Source: Salisapilia sapeloensis CBS 127946 (lineage: Eukaryota > Protista > Oomycota). From it: a stretch of 64,000 bases of DNA. Position numbers and translations under genes: made by a program. Positions 34,478-43,747 of this stretch are shown here, piece by piece (positions within the stretch are counted from its first letter, which is position 1; the number at the start of each line of letters is the position of its first letter). The stretch is taken from the NCBI GenBank assembly GCA_023334545.1, contig JAADVB010000084.1, forward strand, positions 1 through 64,000, in the 5' to 3' direction. The notes under the pieces are model-generated. The model was not told the origin of the DNA and ran no database searches. It was given only the letters and a program-made list of their open reading frames with translations.

Positions 34478-35245
34478 ATGACGGAGCGAGGCTTTGGGAT
34501 TAAGTCGGATGCGACCAAGACCCAGTGGGAGCAAGAGGACTTCCCGCAGCTATGTGAATCATGTCTAGGAGAAAACCCGTACGTCCGAATGATGAAAGAA
34601 TCCTTCGGGTCCGCATGCAAGATCTGTAGCCGTCCGTTCACGGTCTTCCGGTGGAAGCCTGGCAGCCAAGCACGGTACAAGCGGACGGAGGTCTGTCAAA
34701 CCTGCGCTCGCATGAAGAATGTATGCCAGACGTGCGTACTCGATCTGCAGTATAACCTGCCGGTACAAGTGCGTGATCAGTTCCTGGCACAGGACAGCCA
34801 GGCCGTCGTGAACGTCCCGGAGAGCGACGCGAATCGCGAGTGGTTCGCGCAGCAGCACAATCGGATGCTCGAACAGGAAGGCGCCGTGTCTGCCTATGGC
34901 AAGTCGGCGCCTCCGAACCGCAAGATGCTCCAGCTAGCACGCAAAGAGCCCTACTACAAGCGTAATCGGCCGCACTTGTGCTCGTTCTTCGCGCGAGGCG
35001 AGTGCAATCGCGGGGAAGAGTGTCCGTACCTGCACGAGATGCCGCGCGACAAGGACGATCCGCTCGCGAAACAGAACATCAAGGACCGGTACTACGGCCG
35101 GAACGACCCGGTCGCGAACAAGATGATGAACAAGAAGAAGAAGAGTGCGAAGCCACCGCCGCCGCCACTGGCGCCAGGCGAGAAACCTCCACTTCCGCCT
35201 GGTCCGCCACCAAAGGATGCACAAGACAACGTAGAAACCGAATAA
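34478..35245 (+). CDS. RBM22: Pre-mRNA splicing factor RBM22/SLT11, lacking the C-terminal RRM
   Basis: WEQEDFPQLCESCLGENPYVRM, CKICSRPFTVFRW, KNVCQTCVLDLQYNLPVQVRD, CCCH finger CSFFARGECNRGEECPYLHE, QNIKDRYYGRNDPVA. Confidence 0.93.
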   Translation: MTERGFGIKSDATKTQWEQEDFPQLCESCLGENPYVRMMKESFGSACKICSRPFTVFRWKPGSQARYKRTEVCQTCARMKNVCQTCVLDLQYNLPVQVRDQFLAQDSQAVVNVPESDANREWFAQQHNRMLEQEGAVSAYGKSAPPNRKMLQLARKEPYYKRNRPHLCSFFARGECNRGEECPYLHEMPRDKDDPLAKQNIKDRYYGRNDPVANKMMNKKKKSAKPPPPPLAPGEKPPLPPGPPPKDAQDNVETE

Positions 35246-35254
35246 ACCATCTTG

Positions 35255-38055
35255 TTACTTCATCTTAAGTCCATACAGCATCAGTGCCTTGTCGCATGCA
35301 GCATCCTGCGCCGCCGAGATCGTCCGTCCTGCGCCTCGTGCCACCATAAAGTCGTTCACGTGAAGCGCGACGGCGTGGGCGGACTCAGACGGCTCCTTGC
35401 CTGTCTTTTTGAGCGTCTTGAGTGTGCACTTGATGGCGTTCGACCGATTCAAGTTCCACTGCGCGACGTGATGGGCAAACACTTTCTTGGGTGTCATCCA
35501 CTCCCGCTTGGCGATCGCGTCCTTGAGTAGCGGGTGGAGCGTCTTTCGTAAGATCGCGTCGACCTTGTCCAGGTCGTTCGGGTGCTCGAGATACACTGCG
35601 CCGAGCGTTGCCTCAAACGCGTCGGCCAGGACGTCCTCGACGTACAAGTTTCCTTGCTTGACATCCTTCCCGAGCCGCAAGAACGATTCGTACCCGAGAT
35701 CTCTCGCCACGACCGCTAGTCTCGTGTTCTTGACCAACGCCGAGCGCACTTGCGTGAGCAAATGTTCTTGATGGTACGGAAACGCATCGACGAGGAACAC
35801 AGACGACAGGAGCTGCAAGACTGCGTCACCTAGAAACTCAATACGTTCATAATTCGGATCGGAGCTCACGTAGTCCGACTCGAGTATCTGATGGTCCTTA
35901 AACGAGTAGTGCGTTAGACACTGGACCCACAGGTGTGGTCGCTGGATGTCCACACCTGTGGCACGAGAAAACGCTTGATGCTGCCCACTTATCTCACTCG
36001 ACGAGCTCGAAGCCTCCAGTCGTCCCTTATCCTTGTCCACATACGCTCTCGCTAGCTCTGTCACCTGCTCCCTCCGGAGATAGTACTTGTCTCTCGCCTC
36101 CGGATCGAATCGAGCCATGAGCTCAAGCAGCAACGTCCGACAGGCGTCGATCCCTTTGTCTTTGTAGACTGCACCCAGCAGTGCTTCGAAGCAGTCGGCA
36201 ACGATCTTGGAGATCGTCCCGTCATCCAGTTTCGTCAGGTCAAAGGCAGAGAGTAAGAGCGATTCAAAGTTCGCAGCACGTGCCATGCGACCCAAGTACT
36301 CGTTATTGGCCATTTCGACACGAATGCAATGGAGCTCTTCCTCCGTCGCGGATGGACGTAAGAGGAAGGCAGAGGACGCAATGAGGAAACTTAAGACAGC
36401 GTCACCTAGGAACTCTAGACGTTCGTACGGACAGAGGAACTTGGAATGGAACTCTTGGTGGTACCCGACCAAGTGCTGAGACGCCGCTCGACGCGTATCG
36501 GCCGTCATCGTCCCTTGAGTGTGCTCCATCGAGTCTCGAGACCTCTTCAAGTCTCGCGTGTTCTCAAACACATGACCGACGCGTACTCTCGCCAACGTCC
36601 CTTCGACCGTATTCACATTCTGCATGCCGACATCCACGTACGATCCATGGGTGAAGGCCTGTCGCAGGAGCGACGGGTCGGAAAACTCGAGGCCTAAGCT
36701 TCCCTGGAAACTCATCAAGAGTCGACAGTGCCGCATGTGCTTTAAGACCATCGGCATGGCACTCCCGAGCTCAAACACATCCGTACGGAGACCTGTCAGG
36801 TGAGGCTCTGCTAAGCCCAGCACCTGCCTCCGGGCCGCGACGCGAGGCGAGAGCTGGAGGAACATGCCCTTCTCCCGCCACTTGCGCACCTTTTTCATGC
36901 CTTTCGATCCATCGTAGTTGTGCGCCTCTCCACCGTCATGCAAGAGACCGACGTAGACCTGTTTATGGCGCTCGACGGACGGACCAGTCGGGAGCGAGAG
37001 CTGACGCTCTTGTGCTGTCTCCTGGGTAAGCACCTGGTCGACTCGGAAAGCTTCCAAGTGTCCATTAATCTGGGAAGACACGATGCAATCAACTAGTTTC
37101 TTCGGATCAAACTGCTCGATGTAGTGCTTGGCCGTGAACTTGGCGCTGTTCTCGAGGTGGAAGAGGATCTGGCCGATCGAGAGGACGTCGCCAGAAGCGA
37201 ATCCGATGCAATTGGGTGCATGCAACTCGCCCTTCTTCCGCCTCTGCTCCGTTTGAACCGACACGAAGCGAGGGATCAAGTGGTAGTCGCCACACTCTTC
37301 TTGTGTCTCATGGAAGAGGTGGAAGGGGACGATGCCTAGTAGTCGACGGAAGAGGTAGCGCTGTAGTAGGAACAACGCTTGACTAGGTTCTCGACCTGTC
37401 GGGTCGACTGCACTAGTAGACGTCAGACACAGTTGCTCTGGCAGCTCTTCCTCGATAAAATCCACTTGGCATCGCACGCCTCCTCTCGTATATTCGAACT
37501 AGGAGACTACTTATATGTCATATCTCTTGCTATACACAACTGCAGAGGTACCTGTGGAATGGGCGGTGTGTCCCCATGACAGAGAACGTAGAAACCATCG
37601 AATAGATAGACCTGTCCGTCTTGCACGAGCGGCGTCTTCTCCCTACATCTCGGATTGACTGGCACAAAGGAATAAGACGATGGCTACACTACTCTTCAAG
37701 ACTTATTACTCTCGTACTCCCACTGCAGTCGAAAGCACTTGGTGGCATTGCATTTCGAAGACACGTAAAGGTACTCATCTCCTTGCTCCATCGTCCGTTC
37801 AGCCGGAGTAGACGTAGCCTCCGACGTCTCGGCAGTCGCTAATGGAGCACTCTTCGCCTCCATATCAGCTCCAGATGGAAGCATGCTGCATCCAGAAAAA
37901 AAACCTCCTTCCACATCCTCTGCAGACTGTCCGGAAGGAGGTGCTGCTGCTGCGAGCGCTGACGGTCGTTCCTCCATCGCCACTGAAGCTGTGGACGTGT
38001 CCTCGGTTGTTATGATTGGTAGAAAATGAACTCCTGCATCGAAGTGAACCGTCAT
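35255..38055 (-). CDS. Drosha-like class 2 RNase III (oomycete DCL2 type): platform region + 2 RNase III + dsRBD
   Basis: ERLEFLGDAV..ADCFEALLGAVY and ERIEFLGDAV..ADAFEATLGAVY, with a dsRBD ending GAGRTISAAQDAACDKAL. Upstream exons give QVYLFDGFYVL; VDFIEEELPE and YHLIPRFV follow in the main exon. No helicase domain. Confidence 0.9.
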
Positions 38056-38134
38056 GGTCGTGTAGGATGGAAACGAGAGACAAGGGAGAGTCAAGGGAAG
38101 GCGGTGTATTACAAGATCTGTCGACGACATCATT

Positions 38135-38621
38135 CTATTCGGCCGAGGAAGTTTCGCCGCCCGTGCGAGCAAAGTACGTGCCCTTCTTGAAACAGTTCAT
38201 GCACAGACGGTGACGCAACTTCTTCTCGCCACACATCTCGCACGTCTGCAAGTGCACAATGTTCTTCAATCGCTTCGTCGGCGCATTGTTACGGATACGT
38301 TTCCGAGACGGCGTCACCTAGTGATATTACAACATGAATATTTCCATCTACTACTTTGACTACAATCTCTAGCCGTAGACGATAGACTAGTCTTCCTATA
38401 TGACGTAGATTCCTATCACAATATAAAGCTCATCTACGCACCTTGGACTTGGGGGCTGCCATCCAGATTGCCTGGTCCAGTGGCGTCGGCATGGACGTGT
38501 CAGCCCCGTGGGCGAGTGCAGGGCCGAGCACGGCCATCTGCGGGTGTTCAAACAAGTTACGCTGGCGCGTAAGCAGTGCCCGTGCCCGTTGCAACGCGCG
38601 CTCCACTAGCATCGTGACCAT
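38135..38621 (-). CDS. MRPL32: Mitochondrial ribosomal protein bL32m (2 exons)
   Basis: WMAAPKSK|VTPSRKRIR..CEMCGEKKLRHRLCMNC. Confidence 0.9.
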
Positions 38622-38652
38622 CTTTCGACTTGTTTTTCTTGGCTGGTGGCGC

Positions 38653-38670
38653 GTGGCATTATATAGAAAC
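38653..38670 (+). promoter_or_regulatory. GTGGCATTATATA(G)AAAC motif upstream of RibD-C gene
   Basis: The 13-mer GTGGCATTATATA is identical to 39714-39726 upstream of MsrB. Confidence 0.4.
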
Positions 38671-38678
38671 TTCGAAGG

Positions 38679-39707
38679 ATGGACTGCCAGGAGCTCCGGC
38701 GGTGCATCCGGTCGGACCATGACGAGTGGATCAACGAAAGCAGGACTGTACCGAGGATTACACTCACGTATGCGCAGAGTATAGATGGGTCTATTGCCGA
38801 GAAACGAGGTTTGTATGTCAGAGAAGAAGACATGAAAGACGGTGCTCATGGGTGTCTAGGCAAGCCGACGAGGCTGAGTGGAGATGCGTCGATGGAGATG
38901 ACGCATCTGTTGCGTACCTTGCATGCCGGCATCCTTGTTGGTGTCGGGACTGTAGCCGCTGACAACCCGTCTCTCACAGCGCGCCTCGTGCCTGGTAACC
39001 TTATAACATGATAGGAGCTGTACTTGACTTGTACCAAGTGTCCATGTATCCTTCTCAGGTCCGAATCCGACACCCATTGTCCTCGATACAACACTACGAT
39101 GCCCTCTCGATAGTAAACTCTTGACAAGCGACCAGTGCATTCGACCGATCATACTGTGCTCGGACGAAACGCTATCGTCATCAGGTACATTCATGGTCCT
39201 TTCGTCTCCGTTAGACTTGGTTGATATATGGAGCAATAGATGGAATCGCAAGGAAAGAAGCACTAACAAGTCGAGGCGCCAAAGTGATCAGCTGCCATTC
39301 TACAATGACAGAAGACCATCACGCCCGTCTTAATCTTCGTGATGCCTTCCGTACGCCATGAAGAGTCGTAGAACACATGTGTGGATACATATCTTAGGTG
39401 TCATCTGTAGAGAAACTCTATGCAGCAGACATCCAGAGCGTCATGGTCGAAGGAGGAGCAAGTATCTTGGCAGCTTGCCTCCAAGAAAGCGCTACCTCGC
39501 ACTTGGTCGACCGAGTGATCGTCACCATCGCGCCTGTATTCGTACGTTACTTTCTTACGAAATACATCCAAAACCAAACCATGACGCCTACAGATCGGCG
39601 GCTTGCGTGCGGCTGACTCTGTGATGACGCCGACATTCCCTCGCCTCCAACACGTCACGACGTGGCAGGTGGAGCAAGACGTGGTCATCTCGGGCAAGTT
39701 ACCGTAG
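38679..39707 (+). CDS. RibD C-terminal domain reductase (RIB7-like, riboflavin biosynthesis), multi-exon
   Basis: PRITLTYAQSIDGSIA, THLLRTLHAGILVGVGTVAADNPSLTAR, SVMVEGGASI, LVDRVIVTIAPVFIGG. Confidence 0.9.
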
Positions 39708-39713
39708 AAAGAG

Positions 39714-39730
39714 GTGGCATTATATAAAAC
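39714..39730 (+). promoter_or_regulatory. GTGGCATTATATAAAAC motif upstream of MsrB
   Basis: Second copy of the 13-mer, in the 65-nt spacer between RibD-C and MsrB. Confidence 0.4.
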
Positions 39731-39772
39731 CAAACACGAACAAAGAACAAAGAAAAGAATTTTCTCATTGAC

Positions 39773-40261
39773 ATGCGAAGAGCGATCTGCAAGTACTTGT
39801 CTCCGAAACAGTCCTTCCAACGCCCACTCTCCTCTCGCTACTTGTCCAACATGTCTGACAACGACGTCTCCAACCTCTCCAATAATGAGTGGAAGCAAAA
39901 GCTGACGCCCATGCAGTTCGAAGTGCTGCGGCTCAAGGGCACGGAACGCCCGGGAACAGGCGAGTACGACAAGCACTTTGAAGAAGGCACCTACGTCTGC
40001 GCTGGGTGCAAGACGCCAGTGTACACGTCCAACACTAAGTTCAACTCTGGCTGTGGCTGGCCAGCATTCTACGACGCTATTCCAGGCGCCATCAATGCCA
40101 CCACAGACGCTGACGGACGCCGGACTGAGATCACTTGCGCCAAGTGCGGAGGTCACATGGGTCACGTCTTCAAGGGCGAAGGTTTCCAGACGCCGACGGA
40201 CGAACGTCACTGTGTAAACAGCGTCTCGCTCGTCTTCCACGCCGGCGAAGGCAGCAAATAA
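39773..40261 (+). CDS. msrB: Methionine-R-sulfoxide reductase MsrB (presequence-like N-terminus)
   Basis: WKQKLTPMQFEVLRLKGTERPGTG, CAGC, FNSGCGWPAFY, RTEITCAKCGGHMGHVFKGEG, RHCVNS (Cys form, not Sec). Confidence 0.96.
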   Translation: MRRAICKYLSPKQSFQRPLSSRYLSNMSDNDVSNLSNNEWKQKLTPMQFEVLRLKGTERPGTGEYDKHFEEGTYVCAGCKTPVYTSNTKFNSGCGWPAFYDAIPGAINATTDADGRRTEITCAKCGGHMGHVFKGEGFQTPTDERHCVNSVSLVFHAGEGSK

Positions 40262-40287
40262 AATGACAAATTCTTTCTTTCTCTTTC

Positions 40288-41332
40288 TTACAGCACCTCG
40301 GTCTCCTCTTCCGAGCTACTCACGTCATCTTTCAATCCATACATCTCCTCCCCTATGCCTTTAGAGATGTGAGAGTCATCTGCTAGAGGTAGGAACCACC
40401 GCCGCTTGTCCTCACCAAAGACTGCCGTCAGGTTCCTCCGCCAGCCACGGTTGAAAGGACTGCGCGTGCCATAGCTATGGAACTCGATGGTCGTGGTGCC
40501 GAAAAAGATTAGGAAAGAGTGGACACAAAGAAAGAGAAAGAGACTGAGGACAAGGGCGCCTGCGAACATGACTTGGAGGAAGACGACGAGAGACCTCGGC
40601 GCTCGAAAGTCGTTCGTCAGTGCAATGTGGTAGAACCTCTGACCTTGTGCCATGCAGATCATGACTAGAGCTAGGAAAGCGTAGGAAATGAATTGGAAGA
40701 AGAACCGATAGTTCCTCTGGCCAATGCAGTTCGCGACCCACGGGCAGTGGTGGTCTGTCTTTATACGTCAGTCTAGTAGCCTTGGAGATACAAACAAGAG
40801 TCCAAGTACCCATACGAAGGACGCAGCGGTTGCAAAAGCTACAGTGGTGAGCTCGAAGAGGTTTATGCACTCGACATCGGTGGCAGTATCTACGCGTGGG
40901 AGCTCTATTGGGGCTCGGCGCTCCGGATTCCAGGGCGTTCTGAGCGTTTGTCTCCATGTCGTGAACGATGTCCTCTGTCACGTATCCAGGATCTGTGCAT
41001 GAAACGACACATGAGAACGGAGCTCATCGTATATGAAGACAAGAGAGACCTGTGAAGACGACACGATAGTACGCCACGAGCAGCAGACAGACAAAGGTAT
41101 GGAAAGCGATTGCTTCAGTAATACGGATATACAAGGCATTCCAGGACGCTGTCGGCTTGGCCAAGTGCTCCAGGACGTACACGAGATACTCGAATGCGAT
41201 GAGCCCGAGCACCAAGACCACCGCCAAGGATGATACACTCCTCAGAGCAAAGCTAGTACATTCTCAGGCTTAATACAGACGAATATAGAGATCGTACAAA
41301 GGTACATGAGACCTCTTGTGCAGGCGAAGCAT
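40288..41332 (-). CDS. DHHC palmitoyltransferase (4 exons)
   Basis: Spliced: [67 protein letters not shown]. Confidence 0.93.
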
Positions 41333-41460
41333 CCTCTAGGACGTCGATCTCTCCTCCCATTGGCTTCATTTGTGCTATTTCCAACGTTTTAGCTGATGCA
41401 CTTCATTCCACCAATCAACATCTCTGGATGTATATAAAACCTTTGTTTTAATCACTTTTT

Positions 41461-43719
41461 ATGAATATGGAGGTGACGAAGAGTAGGAGCAGTACGCGGA
41501 CGACCGACGTGGATGTGAACGCGATCGACTTTGACGAGCTAGATGACTACCTCGAACGCTTTCAAGAAGATGACGAAATTAAGCAAGCTCTAGATCAAGG
41601 CGTCGATTTACGTGCCTATGCTCGGAATATTGACTCGGAGCTTCGAGAGGCTGAAGCTGACGCCGTGACACAGTATGTGAAGCACTCGAGCGACATTGTG
41701 TCCCTCCATGATGAAGTCCAGAGCTGTGACAACCTCTTGGCTAAGATGCAGGAGCTTTTGCTAGGTTTTCAGGCCGATTTAGGCGGAATTAGCGACGAGA
41801 TCCGACAGCTCCAGGACGAATCCGTCAGCATGAACGTCCGTCTGCACAATCGTCGAGACGCAGAGGCCAAGCTAGACCACTTTCTAACGGAAGTGGCTCT
41901 CCCTCCATCTCTTGTGCAGACAATCGACCAAGGAGAGTTGGACGAAACCTTCCTCCATGCACTCGTGACGCTTAATGGGAAGCTCCAGTACGCTGCTCTC
42001 CGAGAGCCTGATCCGAAAGGCTCGTCTCTAGATATAGTTCCTAGTAAAACAAGAGCTCTCATAGACGTTCGGTCGAATCTCGATAACCTGTGTGCCAAGG
42101 CCGTGAACAAGAGCAAGGGCTTTCTACTCACGAAAATCAGTGAGCTCACGCGCCCCAAGACCAACGTACAGATGCTCCAGCAGCATGTCCTGCTGCCAGT
42201 GCAGTACATGGTGCAGTTTCTATCCGAGCACGCGCCCAAGACGGAGCAGGAAGTCCGTGAGTTCTACGCCGAAAGCATGAGCAAGACGCTCCTGAATGTC
42301 TTCAAAGCCTATCACGCTGGTCTTTTGCGGCATCAGGAAGACGTTGCGACAAAGAACGATCTCTTGGTAGTCGACGCACAGACGCTGCAGTCGGGTGCGA
42401 CTACTTCGACCAGTCTCTTCTTTGGCACGAATAGATCGAGGTCGCCTCGAGCCACTAGCAACGGCAGTCCTGTCAACAGTCAGAGCGGTAGTAGATCTCG
42501 TCGCAGTAACCCGTTCGATTCCTCCGGTCGAGACGACATTCTAGACGACCCTGCGTCTCCACCTGTGATCCTTCACGTCGCGCAGCAAGAGGACCTTCGT
42601 CTTCCGTACGAACAGATCTTTCGACACGTCCAGCAGCACTTGCTCAACTCTGCAACATCCGAGTACCTATTCCTCTCCGACTTCTTCCGTCCCTCCAATG
42701 CTGCATCTATCCATGGAGCATCCGACCGGACCCATGACCTCTTCCTCCGCATCTTTGCTAAAACTCTTTCGTTGTGTCTCGAGAATTTAGAAAACTACTT
42801 GTTCAATTGCCATGACGCCGTGGCTCTGCTGCTCATGGCACGCATCACGAGAGCCCAGCGTCTCGTCATGGAAAAGAGACGACTGGCGTGTCTCGACTCG
42901 TACTTTGATCGCGTCGCACTTCTCATCTGGCCTCGCTACAAACTCGTCCTGGACGCTCACCTCAAGAGCATCAAGTCGGCGAACGTGAAGAAACTTGGTC
43001 AAATCGACCTCCACCCGCACTATGTCTCTCGTCGCTACGCCACCTTTGTATCTTCGGTCTTGCATATCACCAGTACAAGTAGACGTGCTAGTGTAGATGA
43101 AGACGAGTCGTTGGAAGATGCGTGGCAAGAGGACGGCTCGCACGATATGATTGTGAATAACTTGCGTCAGCTACGCGAAGCCATGATGACGCTGCTGATC
43201 AAGATGGCCGATCACCAGTACAGACGCAATGCTCGTGAGCGCAGTGTCTTCCTCATCAACAACTACGACTTTATTCTAACATCGTTGCGGCCGTCGAACG
43301 TCTCGTCAGACGACCAGTCTGCGTTTGAAGATTTGTTGGGGATGGAACGAGAGCGGTTCGTGGAAGAAGAGCTGCAAGTGTGGTTCAGTAAGCTCATCCA
43401 TTTTGTCCATCAGTGGGAGAGTGCTGGTGCGGACACTAGCAATATGCAAGCACGAGAGGTGGAGGTCATCATGCGAGAGTTCGATCAGACTTGGAAGAGT
43501 GCGATCAGCAAGATGAATGATGACTCTATGAACTATTTTTCCAACCTCCGCAACGGCACAGAGGTGCTTAAGCAAGTGCTGACACAGCTGCTGCTATACT
43601 ATACGCGCTTCATGGAGTTGACCAAGAGCGGTCCATCGGACCTATCGGCGTTTGAAGACGCAGTGGTAACGACCCAAGAGATGCTTCAGGAGATTAAAAA
43701 ATATAACAGATCGATTTGA
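41461..43719 (+). CDS. VPS52: GARP complex subunit VPS52, single exon
   Basis: GVDLRAYARNI, LAKMQELLLGFQADLGGISDEI, EYLFLSDFF, DLHPHYVSRRYA, VFLINNYD, LTQLLLYYTRF. Confidence 0.95.
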   Translation: MNMEVTKSRSSTRTTDVDVNAIDFDELDDYLERFQEDDEIKQALDQGVDLRAYARNIDSELREAEADAVTQYVKHSSDIVSLHDEVQSCDNLLAKMQELLLGFQADLGGISDEIRQLQDESVSMNVRLHNRRDAEAKLDHFLTEVALPPSLVQTIDQGELDETFLHALVTLNGKLQYAALREPDPKGSSLDIVPSKTRALIDVRSNLDNLCAKAVNKSKGFLLTKISELTRPKTNVQMLQQHVLLPVQYMVQFLSEHAPKTEQEVREFYAESMSKTLLNVFKAYHAGLLRHQEDVATKNDLLVVDAQTLQSGATTSTSLFFGTNRSRSPRATSNGSPVNSQSGSRSRRSNPFDSSGRDDILDDPASPPVILHVAQQEDLRLPYEQIFRHVQQHLLNSATSEYLFLSDFFRPSNAASIHGASDRTHDLFLRIFAKTLSLCLENLENYLFNCHDAVALLLMARITRAQRLVMEKRRLACLDSYFDRVALLIWPRYKLVLDAHLKSIKSANVKKLGQIDLHPHYVSRRYATFVSSVLHITSTSRRASVDEDESLEDAWQEDGSHDMIVNNLRQLREAMMTLLIKMADHQYRRNARERSVFLINNYDFILTSLRPSNVSSDDQSAFEDLLGMERERFVEEELQVWFSKLIHFVHQWESAGADTSNMQAREVEVIMREFDQTWKSAISKMNDDSMNYFSNLRNGTEVLKQVLTQLLLYYTRFMELTKSGPSDLSAFEDAVVTTQEMLQEIKKYNRSI

Positions 43720-43747
43720 ATTGTTAAGCTAAGAACACTCGTTTGTA

